Source: Candidatus Omnitrophota bacterium (lineage in GTDB: Bacteria; Omnitrophota; Gorgyraeia; Zapsychrales; Fredricksoniimonadaceae). Taken from it: a stretch of DNA of 64,000 nucleotides. Numbering within the stretch: the stretch's first letter is position 1; each line of letters begins with the position of its first letter. The DNA lies in the NCBI GenBank assembly GCA_015233335.1, contig JADFXX010000011.1, positions 165-64,164 of the forward strand, in the 5' to 3' direction. A program made the translations under genes and the position numbers. The notes under the pieces were generated by a model that did not search any database, was not told the origin of the DNA, and worked only from the letters and a program-made list of their open reading frames with translations. This document shows, one piece after another, positions 1-9,067 of this stretch.

Positions 1-37
1 GTTTAGTTAATAACAATCGTAGTGATTATTGATTTTC

Positions 38-160
38 TTAATACTGCATTTGATGCATGCTGCAACAACTACCACCACCTTTTCCCATCATATGAGCAAA
101 GGCAAACCCCGAGACAAATAAAACAACAACTGCTGTAATTATAAAAATACTTTTTACCAT
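38..160 (-). CDS. small secreted Met/His/Cys-rich peptide, 40-aa precursor (predicted mature 18-mer HMMGKGGGSCCSMHQMQY)
   Basis: Shorter in-frame start of track ORF 38..289. The ATG at 160-158 is preceded by AAGGAG with a 6-nt spacer. MVKSIFIITAVVVLFVSGFAFA looks like a Sec signal peptide with an AFA|H site. The tail is rich in soft-metal ligands (Met, His, CC). Last gene of the unit served by the ECF-type promoter at 410..435. Confidence 0.5.
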   Translation of the reverse strand: MVKSIFIITAVVVLFVSGFAFAHMMGKGGGSCCSMHQMQY

Positions 161-176
161 ATAAAACTCCTTTTTG

Positions 177-347
177 TCACCTGTTGACATAGTGACGTAC
201 AACTTTCCCGGTAGGAATAACACTCTGGACAGGCTGCCCCGAATAACCATTATTATGAGTCCAAGAATTTGGTTGAATAGCAAAAGCATTACCGATCAGA
301 CCTACAGTTGCAACGAATGTTAAGACTGACATTGTTTTGTTTTTCAT
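177..347 (-). CDS. small secreted peptide, 56 aa (MKNKTMSVLTFVATVGLIGNAFAIQPNSWTHNNGYSGQPVQSVIPTGKVVRHYVNR)
   Basis: Hand-translated from the minus strand and below the 60-aa track cutoff. ATG at 347-345 is preceded by AAGGA; stop TGA at 179-177. The N-terminus is signal-peptide-like with an AFA|I site. It starts 63 nt downstream of the CGTC element of the promoter at 410..435. Confidence 0.45.
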   Translation of the reverse strand: MKNKTMSVLTFVATVGLIGNAFAIQPNSWTHNNGYSGQPVQSVIPTGKVVRHYVNR

Positions 348-409
348 AAAATCCTTGCTTTGTTTATTGCCCCCCCCATTGGAACCAAATCTGAACCCTC
401 ATAAACAAA

Positions 410-435
410 GACGCTGCCGGCACCAAAAGGTTACG
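410..435 (-). promoter_or_regulatory. ECF-sigma-type promoter P-d (minus strand: CGTAACcttttggtgccggcagCGTCtt)
   Basis: GTAAC (-35-like) and CGTC (-10-like) separated by exactly 16 nt. One of four copies with identical geometry in 0.4-9.1 kb. Located between the stop of 450..1265 and the small ORF at 347. Confidence 0.6.
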
Positions 436-449
436 ATATTTTTTAGAAT

Positions 450-1265
450 TTATTTAAAGGGAAGGGACTTAGGAAGCATGCACGGGCAACCCATGTTACA
501 AACACTATGTGCCTTATGAAGCTGTTGGTCACGCTCATTGCATGTACAAATAGCTTCATCAAGTTTAGATTTCTGGGATTCAGGGACCTTCGCTCTGAGA
601 TCTTGAAGAACATTCTTTTGATAAGCATTTAGAAATTCAAGCTTGGTAAGATAAATCTTCTGTTCGCTAACAGGTAATTTAGCTATGGCATCCAACGATG
701 CTCCTGCTTCATTGAGCATAGCTTTAAGTGTCTGAATATCAATATGGCCATCTTTATTAAACTGATCAACCAGCTCTTTTGAGCGTCTCTCGGAAAATAC
801 TATTTTTAATTCCATCTGACCTTCAGGATTAACGGTCATAAAATATTTGACCTTTTCAGTAAGGAGCTTTACCAGATACAATGGATCCCCCGGAACGCTG
901 CTAGCGGAAACATTGATCGTCCCCCAAGAAATAAAAAAAATAGCCAAAACCACGGCAAACCCCCGCGCCCAAAAGACTGAAGGAAAAAAGAATAAACGAC
1001 TAAGCCTTGCCGAAAACGTGTTCTCCTTCTGCCTTTGTATCTCTTCTCCTACCTTGATCAGACAAGACATGACCTTATGCTCTGAAACCTCTACTGGAGG
1101 GGTATCATTCATCATCTTTGCCACAGACAGAAGTTCTTTTAACTCCTTGGCATGATTAGGATACTGACGAATAACATCTTCCAGAGACATACCCCCGAGC
1201 ATCTTCTCACAGCACTCATCGAATATGTCTTCTATCGGTCTATTATTCTTGTCCATACTAAACAC
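450..1265 (-). CDS. single-pass membrane protein, DUF5667-like; candidate anti-sigma factor
   Basis: 271 aa. About 95-aa cytoplasmic N-terminus, one TM (FAVVLAIFFISWG), then a helical extracytoplasmic domain with a Cys/His-rich tail (CTCNERDQQLHKAHSVCNMGCPC). Lies in the ECF regulon. The family call is from memory of the DUF5667 architecture. Confidence 0.4.
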   Translation of the reverse strand: MFSMDKNNRPIEDIFDECCEKMLGGMSLEDVIRQYPNHAKELKELLSVAKMMNDTPPVEVSEHKVMSCLIKVGEEIQRQKENTFSARLSRLFFFPSVFWARGFAVVLAIFFISWGTINVSASSVPGDPLYLVKLLTEKVKYFMTVNPEGQMELKIVFSERRSKELVDQFNKDGHIDIQTLKAMLNEAGASLDAIAKLPVSEQKIYLTKLEFLNAYQKNVLQDLRAKVPESQKSKLDEAICTCNERDQQLHKAHSVCNMGCPCMLPKSLPFK

Positions 1266-1306
1266 CCTTTTTCAGGCACAACAAAATTTGATCCTTCATA
1301 CATAAA

Positions 1307-1332
1307 GACGACTAACCTTGCTAAAAGTTACG
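1307..1332 (-). promoter_or_regulatory. ECF-sigma-type promoter P-c (minus strand: CGTAACttttagcaaggttagtCGTCtt)
   Basis: Same CGTAAC-N16-CGTC geometry. Lies between the RND pump stop (1337) and the start of 450..1265. Confidence 0.6.
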
Positions 1333-1336
1333 CATA

Positions 1337-4300
1337 CTAATGTTCTTTTAATTCCGGGTAAGGCCGCTTACTTACATCTACTGTACTCTTTCTTATGTCA
1401 CCATCAAAATCTTCAGCCGTTTTCCAAATATAGTATATAGCTGGATATACCAAGAGCTCCATAACAAAACTACTAAAAATACCCCCGATCATAGGTGCTG
1501 CAATCCGTTTCATTACATCTGCCCCGGCTCCAATTGAGAACATAATAGGAACTAGACCCATGAACATAGCGCTGACTGTCATGAGCTTGGGCCGGATACG
1601 TTTAACAGCTCCATGGACAATGGCCTCTTCAAGGTCTGAACGCGTTTTCATCTGTCCTTGACGAATGGCCTGATAATACGCAAGATCCAAGAAGAGCATC
1701 ATAAAAACACCGGTTTCTGCATCAAGCCCCATGAGAGCTATCATCCCTACCCACACAGCAATAGACATGTTATAGCCCAGCAGAAAAAGAAACCACACTG
1801 CCCCAACCAAAGAGAAAGGCACTGCCAACATAACAATCCCCGCCTTGACATGGGAACGGGTATTCATATACAGCAGCATAAATATCAGAAAAAGAGTAAT
1901 AGGAATTACTGTTTTTAACCGCTCTCTGACACGAAGCATATTTTCATATTGCCCGCTCCAAATTAGCGTATATCCGGGTGTGGATTTAAGCTCCTTTTCA
2001 ACCGCACGTTTAGCATCTTCCACAAAGCTGCCCACATCACGGCCAGCAACATCCACATAAACATAACCAGAAAGCATACCATTCTCATTACGGATCATGG
2101 CAGGGCCTTGGACCAATTCCAACTTTGCAAGCTCTCCCAAAGGTACTTGAGCCCCCTGTGGTGTAGCGACAAGGACACGTTTGAGACTTGGTATATCATT
2201 TCGTAACTCACGCAAATAACGGACATTGACTGAATAGCGTTCACGCCCTTCTATGGTCGTCGTCACGGGTTCACCACCTATTGCTGACATTATAACGTCC
2301 TCTACATCGCCAACTGTCAGACCGTAACGAGCCAACGCATCAGAATCAATATCAAAATCAAGAAAATATCCTCCTGTCACACGTTCCGCATAAACACTGC
2401 GTGAACCAGCAACTCCCTTAACAATTTTCTCGATATCCACTCCTATACGTTCAATCTCCTTGTAATCCGCACCCAATATCTTGATTCCAACTGGCGTCCT
2501 CACCCCCGTAGAAAGCATGTCAATACGCGCTTTAATCGGCATGGTCCAGGCATTGGACACACCTGGAAATTTCACCTTCTCGTCAAGTTCATTGATAATA
2601 TCTTGCCATGTGATCCTATCATTCCAAATGGGACGCAATAGCCCTTGTAAAAATTCAGGCATCCATAATGAATACCAGCGATGAACATGACGCCACTGGT
2701 TTTCCGGTTTAAGGACAATCGTTGTTTCCATCATGGAAAATGGCGCCGGATCAGTCGCTGTTTCAGCGCGTCCTGATTTTCCAAACACACGTTCCACTTC
2801 GGGAACAGTCCGGATAACCTTATCCATCTGTTGAAGAAGCTTTTCCGCTTCAGTGACAGAGATTCCCGGCAAGGTCGTGGGCATATATAGAACCGTACCC
2901 TCATTTAATGGAGGCATAAATTCCGACCCCAGTTTAAAATAAATGGGGATCATAGAAAGGAATAGAAGCCCCGCACAAATCAAAGTCTGAATACGGTATT
3001 TAAGGACAAATCTACAGGCTGGTTCGTATATTCTAAACAGGACTTTGCTGATCGGATGCTTCTCTTCGGGGTAATATTTACCCACCGTCAACATATTAAA
3101 CAGGTTTGATATAAACTTGGGACGGAAATTAACCTTATTCACGCGTACCAGAAGCACAAACATAGCCGGAACAAGCGTAATAGCCAAGATGGCAGCAATA
3201 GCCATTGAAAAATTCTTACTGAAAGCCAACGGCCTAAAAAGCCTACCCTCCTGATCTACTAAAGTAAAAACAGGCAAAAACGCCACCGCAATCACAAGGA
3301 GGGAAAAAAAGACTGATGGGCCGACTTCTTTCAGGGACGTTAATAGCACATCATGGTAATCTTCACGACGCCCGTTAGAATCCCATAACTGGATCTTCTT
3401 ATAAGCATTTTCCACCATCACGATAGCTCCATCCACAAGAACACCAATGGAGATGGCGATACCAGCTAGCGACATAATATTGGAAGTCAGCTTCAAAGCT
3501 AACATTGGTATAAATGACAAAAGCACCGCCACAGGAATGGTTGCAATCGGCACACTCGCTGACGGGAAATGCCACAGAAAGAAAATGATCACCAAGCTCA
3601 CGATGATCATTTCTTCGATGAGCTGATGTTTGAGTGTATCAATGGCTCGTAGGATTAGGTCAGAACGGTCATACGTCGTGACTATATCGACACCAGGGGG
3701 AAGCGACGCTTTTACATCTTTCATTTTCTGCTTAACTCTATCAATAACCTGAAGGGCATTCTCCCCCGTACGCATGATGACAATGCCGCCTACAGTATCC
3801 CCTTGGCCATCCAAATCTGCCACGCCTCGACGAATTTCTGGGCCAATGGTGACTTTGGCTAAATTACGCACCAAAACGGGCCTTCCTTGAGTATCCGCCC
3901 CCACCACAATATTTTCTACAGCCTTGGTTGACTTAATATAGCCTCGACCACGAACCATGAACTCGGTGCCCGCGAATTCGACCAAACGTCCACCCACGTC
4001 GTTATTGCTCCTGCGGACAGCATCAATGACCTTATTGATGGGTATATTGTAGGCTTGCAAGGCCACCGGATCGACGTTGACTTGATACTGCTTTTGAAAT
4101 CCACCAACGGTTGCCACTTCTGAAACGCCCGGCACAGACTGTAACCAATAGCGTAAATACCAATCTTGGAACGATCGAAGCTGCCCCAGATCATTTTTAC
4201 CGCTCCGATCCACGAGTGCATATTGATAGACCCAGCCGACAGAAGTTGCGTCCGGTCCTAATTCTGTGCGTACACCTTCAGGCAATCTTGAAATGACCTT

Positions 4301-4642
4301 ATTAAGATATTCGAGCGTACGGCTGCGCGCCCAGTAAAGGTCTGTCCCATCTTTAAAGATGATGTAAACATACGAATATCCAAAATCTGAGAAACCCCGG
4401 ACAGCTTTGACGTTCGGGGCGCCTAACATGGCTGTTACGATCGGATAGGTTACCTGGTCTTCAATAATGTCCGGTGAGCGGTCCCATCTGGAATAAATAA
4501 TAACCTGTGTGTCCGATAGGTCAGGAATAGCATCAAGCGGAATATTGCGCACAGCCATGACAGCTCCGATAATAGCCACTGCCGTCAGAATTAAGATAAG
4601 AAATTTATTCTTTGCTGAGAACTCAATAACCCTTTCAATCAT
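1337..4642 (-). CDS. heavy-metal efflux RND transporter permease, CusA/CzcA family
   Basis: 1101 aa with 12-TM RND architecture. N-terminus MIERVIEFSAKNKFLIL and TM4 motif SIGVLVDGAIVMVEN (HME-RND D-x3-EN type). Translationally coupled to the adaptor gene by a 4-nt overlap. Confidence 0.9.
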   Translation of the reverse strand: MIERVIEFSAKNKFLILILTAVAIIGAVMAVRNIPLDAIPDLSDTQVIIYSRWDRSPDIIEDQVTYPIVTAMLGAPNVKAVRGFSDFGYSYVYIIFKDGTDLYWARSRTLEYLNKVISRLPEGVRTELGPDATSVGWVYQYALVDRSGKNDLGQLRSFQDWYLRYWLQSVPGVSEVATVGGFQKQYQVNVDPVALQAYNIPINKVIDAVRRSNNDVGGRLVEFAGTEFMVRGRGYIKSTKAVENIVVGADTQGRPVLVRNLAKVTIGPEIRRGVADLDGQGDTVGGIVIMRTGENALQVIDRVKQKMKDVKASLPPGVDIVTTYDRSDLILRAIDTLKHQLIEEMIIVSLVIIFFLWHFPSASVPIATIPVAVLLSFIPMLALKLTSNIMSLAGIAISIGVLVDGAIVMVENAYKKIQLWDSNGRREDYHDVLLTSLKEVGPSVFFSLLVIAVAFLPVFTLVDQEGRLFRPLAFSKNFSMAIAAILAITLVPAMFVLLVRVNKVNFRPKFISNLFNMLTVGKYYPEEKHPISKVLFRIYEPACRFVLKYRIQTLICAGLLFLSMIPIYFKLGSEFMPPLNEGTVLYMPTTLPGISVTEAEKLLQQMDKVIRTVPEVERVFGKSGRAETATDPAPFSMMETTIVLKPENQWRHVHRWYSLWMPEFLQGLLRPIWNDRITWQDIINELDEKVKFPGVSNAWTMPIKARIDMLSTGVRTPVGIKILGADYKEIERIGVDIEKIVKGVAGSRSVYAERVTGGYFLDFDIDSDALARYGLTVGDVEDVIMSAIGGEPVTTTIEGRERYSVNVRYLRELRNDIPSLKRVLVATPQGAQVPLGELAKLELVQGPAMIRNENGMLSGYVYVDVAGRDVGSFVEDAKRAVEKELKSTPGYTLIWSGQYENMLRVRERLKTVIPITLFLIFMLLYMNTRSHVKAGIVMLAVPFSLVGAVWFLFLLGYNMSIAVWVGMIALMGLDAETGVFMMLFLDLAYYQAIRQGQMKTRSDLEEAIVHGAVKRIRPKLMTVSAMFMGLVPIMFSIGAGADVMKRIAAPMIGGIFSSFVMELLVYPAIYYIWKTAEDFDGDIRKSTVDVSKRPYPELKEH

Positions 4643-5811
4643 TTACCTGCTCCCTCAAGACGGCTTTCAGCATCAATCAAGAAATTACCACTGACAACAA
4701 CCTTGTCCCCTTCTTGAAGACCGCTCAGGACTTCATAATAACCCCTAGCTTTCGCACCTAACCTCACCTCTTTGACCTCAAAAACATCATCGTGAACGAC
4801 ATGGACGATTTGACGAGTCCCCGAATCTAACACCGCATCTTCCGGTACTGCCAGCTTTTCTCCTAAATCAACATCTATTGTTGCTGAGCCAAATATCTCA
4901 CCACGAAGGATCTTCTCCTTATCATCGACTTTCACCCTGACCCGTATAGTCCGCGATTGTGAATCCAAAACAGGAGCTATACCAGATACTTCTCCATGGA
5001 ACACTTTCCCAGGGAAAGACGGAGATTCAAAAGACACCTTTTGTCCCGGGCGTACCGCAGAAGCCTCATCAGCATAAATAGCCGCATAAATCCATGCTGT
5101 TGGAGATTTGCCCGGATAATACAAACTGTCATCCGCTTGACCGGCCTTGCCTAATTCATCAACTTCAGAATCAGTCATTCCCTGAAGATAGAGTTTTCGA
5201 CGACTTGCCTCCAAAAGAGACTTGGATTGCTCCTTCAAAGATGATTCAGAAATATTTTCAGCAGCCGTTGATGACTTTAACGCTTCAATATACCCAGTCT
5301 GAGCTACATATAAATCAGGGTCAAACGCTACTCTGCCTGATGCGCGAATTTCAAGAATAAGGTCACGCTTCTGAACAATCCCAATCTTCACTCCAATAAG
5401 TTGCTGCTGATTCGGATTCACTTGAACCCCAGACACTTCACTCGCCGTTGAATTCTCCTTTTCATAAACAGGTATATAATCCATCCCCATTGAATCTTTC
5501 ATAAAAGAAGGCGATGTTACTGAAGGGTCCATTGGATTTCTATAATAGAGAATCTTTTTCTCTTTCTTGGGCTGAGAACCCGTCGCAGGCGTCTCTGTAG
5601 CCTTATCTTCGTTCTTAACAAGATTCATCCCACATATGGGACACTCCCCTGGTTTATCTGAAACATAATCCGGGTGCATAGGACAATGATATTTAGCCTT
5701 CTTTACTTGAGAGCTCTGTGACGACTGAGAGGTGCAGTGATAAATATAAAATATGCCCGCTGCCACAGCAATAATTGATAACAAAATTATTATCCAAATG
5801 TTCTTTTTCAT
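4639..5811 (-). CDS. efflux RND periplasmic adaptor (CusB-like) with N-terminal heavy-metal-binding domain
   Basis: 390 aa with a signal anchor. YHCPMHPDYVSDKPGECPICGMNL is a CxxH...CxxC metal-binding module, followed by a barrel-sandwich/beta-barrel MFP region. Confidence 0.85.
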   Translation of the reverse strand: MKKNIWIIILLSIIAVAAGIFYIYHCTSQSSQSSQVKKAKYHCPMHPDYVSDKPGECPICGMNLVKNEDKATETPATGSQPKKEKKILYYRNPMDPSVTSPSFMKDSMGMDYIPVYEKENSTASEVSGVQVNPNQQQLIGVKIGIVQKRDLILEIRASGRVAFDPDLYVAQTGYIEALKSSTAAENISESSLKEQSKSLLEASRRKLYLQGMTDSEVDELGKAGQADDSLYYPGKSPTAWIYAAIYADEASAVRPGQKVSFESPSFPGKVFHGEVSGIAPVLDSQSRTIRVRVKVDDKEKILRGEIFGSATIDVDLGEKLAVPEDAVLDSGTRQIVHVVHDDVFEVKEVRLGAKARGYYEVLSGLQEGDKVVVSGNFLIDAESRLEGAGK

Positions 5812-7064
5812 TTCATCTCTCCCTCGGAATCCATATCGCCCCCAACCACACGTTCCAAATCAGCCTTTGAAACCGCCAATGTGGCTAATGCGTCTGCGTA
5901 TTCCATTTGATAATCACGATACGCCCTAAATGCCCCAATATATTCGCTAAATTCACCTGTACCTGACTCATAAGCGACACGCGCTGTTGTTACCGCAGAC
6001 TTGATACGCGGTAAAATGCCATCTTCATAAAGCCGTACAATATCACCGGAAGCTTTGACTTTTGCCAAGGCGCTTCGTCCTTCAAAAAGGACGGTATTTT
6101 CTTCAGCTTGGTAATCAGCTTGTGCAGCCTTAAACCCTGCGCGAGCTTCTGCAATTTCCGGGCCCTGTTTCCCCCAAAACCACAGTGGTATGGTCAAGCC
6201 GACCGCTCCCATCCATTGTCCCCTGCTAAAATTACCACCCTGATCTTCATGCTTGTACTCCAATCTAATATCAGGCAATAGTTCCTGTTTACTTAAAGAA
6301 TATTCTGTTTTGGCCTTATCCAACATATTTCTAAAAGACTTTAACTCCGGACGATCCTGTCTTATCCTATCAATTATATTCTCTTCAGTAGCATCTTCGT
6401 CTGTTGGCTCCATGTGCATATCAATGTCTGACAAATCCTTAGGTGTCATGTTAAGAATAGATGCTAGTAAACCTTGGGCGATGATGCGGTCTTGTTCAAA
6501 CTGTTTCTGCGCTACCATAGCTTTATCCTGTTCAGCCCCAGCACGCAAAGCATCAACTTGTGAGCCACGACCTGATGAATACCGGGTCTCTGCAGCTTTT
6601 GACATCTGACTGGCCAGAGCAAGACTGCCCTTAGTCAAGGCCAATTTGCGATTAGCCACAAACATTGATGTATAAGCTTCTTTAACCTCTTTAATAACAC
6701 GTTGCTGTGTTTCTCTATATTCCTGCTGAAAAGAATCCATCTCTTGCTTGGCAGCTTTCCTTTTTAAGAAAAGCTTGGTCGGAAAAGGAATCTCCTGCGT
6801 AACTGAAAGGGTTTTCATCGGCTTCCCGTTAGAAGAAGGAGTTAACTTATCGTACCCATACTCAAGCATTGGATCAGGAAGATTACGAAAAAAAGCAACC
6901 CGGGCACGGGCAGCTTCATAGCGGGCATGAGCGGCTAAAATTTGCGGATTCTGAGACAACGCCTGCTGTATCAATTCATGGAGCCCCATATGTTTACCCT
7001 CTTGGGCAAACATAATTGTCGGAACAATAAACAGCATAAATACTAGTGGAATTTTCAAACGCAT
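5808..7064 (-). CDS. TolC-family outer membrane efflux protein (CusC-like)
   Basis: 418 aa with a signal peptide and two repeated helical/beta OMF halves. First gene of the tripartite RND operon. Confidence 0.8.
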   Translation of the reverse strand: MRLKIPLVFMLFIVPTIMFAQEGKHMGLHELIQQALSQNPQILAAHARYEAARARVAFFRNLPDPMLEYGYDKLTPSSNGKPMKTLSVTQEIPFPTKLFLKRKAAKQEMDSFQQEYRETQQRVIKEVKEAYTSMFVANRKLALTKGSLALASQMSKAAETRYSSGRGSQVDALRAGAEQDKAMVAQKQFEQDRIIAQGLLASILNMTPKDLSDIDMHMEPTDEDATEENIIDRIRQDRPELKSFRNMLDKAKTEYSLSKQELLPDIRLEYKHEDQGGNFSRGQWMGAVGLTIPLWFWGKQGPEIAEARAGFKAAQADYQAEENTVLFEGRSALAKVKASGDIVRLYEDGILPRIKSAVTTARVAYESGTGEFSEYIGAFRAYRDYQMEYADALATLAVSKADLERVVGGDMDSEGEMK

Positions 7065-7099
7065 TCCTTCGCTCCTTACAAGATCCCCTTATTCTTAAT

Positions 7100-7125
7100 G
7101 ACGCTCAATAACGTGAAAAGTTACG
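7100..7125 (-). promoter_or_regulatory. ECF-sigma-type promoter P-b (minus strand: CGTAACttttcacgttattgagCGTCat)
   Basis: Same geometry. Sits 8 nt after the sigma-factor stop and 36 nt before the TolC-like start. Confidence 0.6.
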
Positions 7126-7132
7126 ATGTTTT

Positions 7133-7684
7133 TTAAGACCCAAAATCCTTCTTCAGATGTTCTTTTAACCCAGCTACCGCACGAAACTGCAACACTTTCA
7201 CAGCCCCAACAGATTTATTCATAATTTGGGCTGTTTCCTCCAAAGAATGCCCGCTTAAAAATCTTAATGAGATTGCTTCCGCCTGCTCTTCTGTCAAAAC
7301 TTCAAGCATATTTTTTATCTCTTCCTCCGAAAACCCTTTTCTACGATCTTCTGTTGATACCGCGATACTGTCATCCTCCAGTTCATCGAGGGAAGAAGAC
7401 TTCTGACGATCCATTTTCCGGTAATAATCAATAAGCAAGTTACGTGCGATCTTAAACAACCACGCTGGGAAATTACCCGTCTGATTCTTAATGGAACCTA
7501 CCATACGGACAAACACCTCGCTGGTTAAATCCTCTGCATCCTCCTTGTTACGTGCCCGATAAGACAGGAATCGTAACACAGACGGATAGTAATGTTTAAC
7601 CAACTGGCAAATGGAACCCTCGTCCATTTGACGGGCCTGTTCTAAAATATCATCCAAGTCATCTGGATTCTTAAATTCGTCCAT
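7133..7684 (-). CDS. ECF (group IV) RNA polymerase sigma-70 factor
   Basis: 183 aa. Region 2 (LVKHYYPSVLRFLSYRARNKEDAEDLTSEVFVRM) and region 4 HTH (ISLRFLSGHSLEETAQIMNKSVGAVKVLQFRA). Confidence 0.9.
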   Translation of the reverse strand: MDEFKNPDDLDDILEQARQMDEGSICQLVKHYYPSVLRFLSYRARNKEDAEDLTSEVFVRMVGSIKNQTGNFPAWLFKIARNLLIDYYRKMDRQKSSSLDELEDDSIAVSTEDRRKGFSEEEIKNMLEVLTEEQAEAISLRFLSGHSLEETAQIMNKSVGAVKVLQFRAVAGLKEHLKKDFGS

Positions 7685-7700
7685 TACTCAGGAAACCTTT

Positions 7701-8138
7701 CTATTGGCTGACCCCAACCCCATATTCGTAGACCATCTTCCCGCCTTGGTGGGCGGTCAGACCTAGTAAAACAGAAACAGTAGTAAGTAAAATCAAAAAT
7801 ATAATCTGAAAATTTCGAATACCTTTGTAGCGCATAAACCATAGGAAAGGCAGGGCTATCCAAGATAAGCCGGCTGACCAAAAGGCAAACAGTTTATGAG
7901 CATTTAAAACCGGATGATGCAAATGCAACCGATCTACTTCTAACAGTCCTAAAAAGATTACAAGGGGCATAGATAAAACTGCCAATATAAACATAAGCCA
8001 CGCACCTTTACACCAGGAATCTTTCTTAAATAATACTCCTAGCATTTGCATTCCCATAGCGCTGATTATCAACGCTATGGGGAAATGCACAAGCTTTGGA
8101 TGTAATGGATATAAGAATCCTACTAAAGAATTGTCCAT
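7701..8138 (-). CDS. DUF2231-like polytopic membrane protein
   Basis: 145 aa with 4 TM helices. LHPKLVHFPIALII matches the HFPIAL signature I associate with DUF2231. Confidence 0.5.
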   Translation of the reverse strand: MDNSLVGFLYPLHPKLVHFPIALIISAMGMQMLGVLFKKDSWCKGAWLMFILAVLSMPLVIFLGLLEVDRLHLHHPVLNAHKLFAFWSAGLSWIALPFLWFMRYKGIRNFQIIFLILLTTVSVLLGLTAHQGGKMVYEYGVGVSQ

Positions 8139-8150
8139 GCCCCCTCCTGG

Positions 8151-8483
8151 TTATTTATTACCGCTAACCTCTTGATCGGCAATGGCACTGTACTTTTCAG
8201 GATTCTTTTCGAAATCTTTAACACACATGGGACAGCAAAGGTTGTAAATCTTTCCCTTATACATAATCTTAACTGGCCCTCCCATTGGCCCTTTCTCACC
8301 GGGTCCCGGGACCTTCTCACCACTTACAGGACAAGTTTTATTCCCCACCTCTACTGCATTAGCAGTCTGCGTTGTTGAAGTTATTACTTGAACATCTTTT
8401 GTATTCTGGCCTTCTTGGGCTAAAACAAAGCCGCCTGATAAAGCTAAAACAGCTAGTGCTAAGATTAACGATTTGATATTCAT
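8151..8483 (-). CDS. secreted YHS-domain protein (putative periplasmic metal binding)
   Basis: 110 aa with a signal peptide. CPVSGEKV...YKGKIYNLCCPMCVKDFEKNPEKY matches the YHS/TRASH-type pattern. Confidence 0.7.
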   Translation of the reverse strand: MNIKSLILALAVLALSGGFVLAQEGQNTKDVQVITSTTQTANAVEVGNKTCPVSGEKVPGPGEKGPMGGPVKIMYKGKIYNLCCPMCVKDFEKNPEKYSAIADQEVSGNK

Positions 8484-8577
8484 AGAATTTTCTCCAATTT
8501 CATAAAAGTTTTAAGCTAATAAATATGAATCTTATAATAACAAGACACACGAAGGGCATCAAGGATGAACAAAAAGA

Positions 8578-8961
8578 TTAAATACGAAGAGAATGTTGCT
8601 GGATATAAAGAGGGACTTCGGATAATATGCCCAACGGAGGGCCCAAATAGGCAAAATTAATAGAAGTTTTCAGCGCAAATACAGGCTCTTCAAATTTTAT
8701 TTCAGAAAAACCATTGTGGACAAACGAAAGATTTAATCGAAACGTCGTTATATTGGCAAATAATGTATGAATACAGTTACAGAAATGACTGTGATGATCC
8801 GCCTTAGAATCATCATGTTTTGCAGATTGAGCATCCCCATCGTCATCAGGGCAATGCTCTACACCAACGCTGGCCGCTTCCACTTTTTGAACACAAGAAC
8901 AAAAAAATGGAACGATAAGTAATGGCAAAACAATACTGAAGGCAACTATCTTACTTATCAT
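8578..8961 (-). CDS. hypothetical exported His/Asp/Cys-rich protein
   Basis: 127 aa with an N-terminal hydrophobic segment, then HCPDDDGDAQSAKHDDSKADHHSHFCNCIH. First gene after the promoter at 9068..9093. Confidence 0.4.
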   Translation of the reverse strand: MISKIVAFSIVLPLLIVPFFCSCVQKVEAASVGVEHCPDDDGDAQSAKHDDSKADHHSHFCNCIHTLFANITTFRLNLSFVHNGFSEIKFEEPVFALKTSINFAYLGPPLGILSEVPLYIQQHSLRI

Positions 8962-9067
8962 ATATTAAATTTTCCCACCATGAACCATTGAAGTCAATAA
9001 TTATGATTTCATCGGCCTTATCAAATTTTTTATACACCGGTATCCAAAATCTATTTTCTTATTTAAA

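Noticed and set aside
1337-7064. Assigning metal specificity (Cus Cu/Ag versus Czc Co/Zn/Cd) to the RND system
   Set aside because: The TM4 motif SIGVLVDGAIVMVEN is intermediate between the HME classes I remember. The accessory proteins (YHS, Met/His/Cys peptide, CxxH-CxxC adaptor domain) hint at Cu/Ag, but this cannot be settled without alignment to characterised pumps.
7684-7881. 65-aa ORF between the sigma and DUF2231 genes
   Set aside because: It lies almost entirely inside the DUF2231-like gene in another frame, and the DUF2231 frame has clear TM periodicity and the HFPIAL motif.
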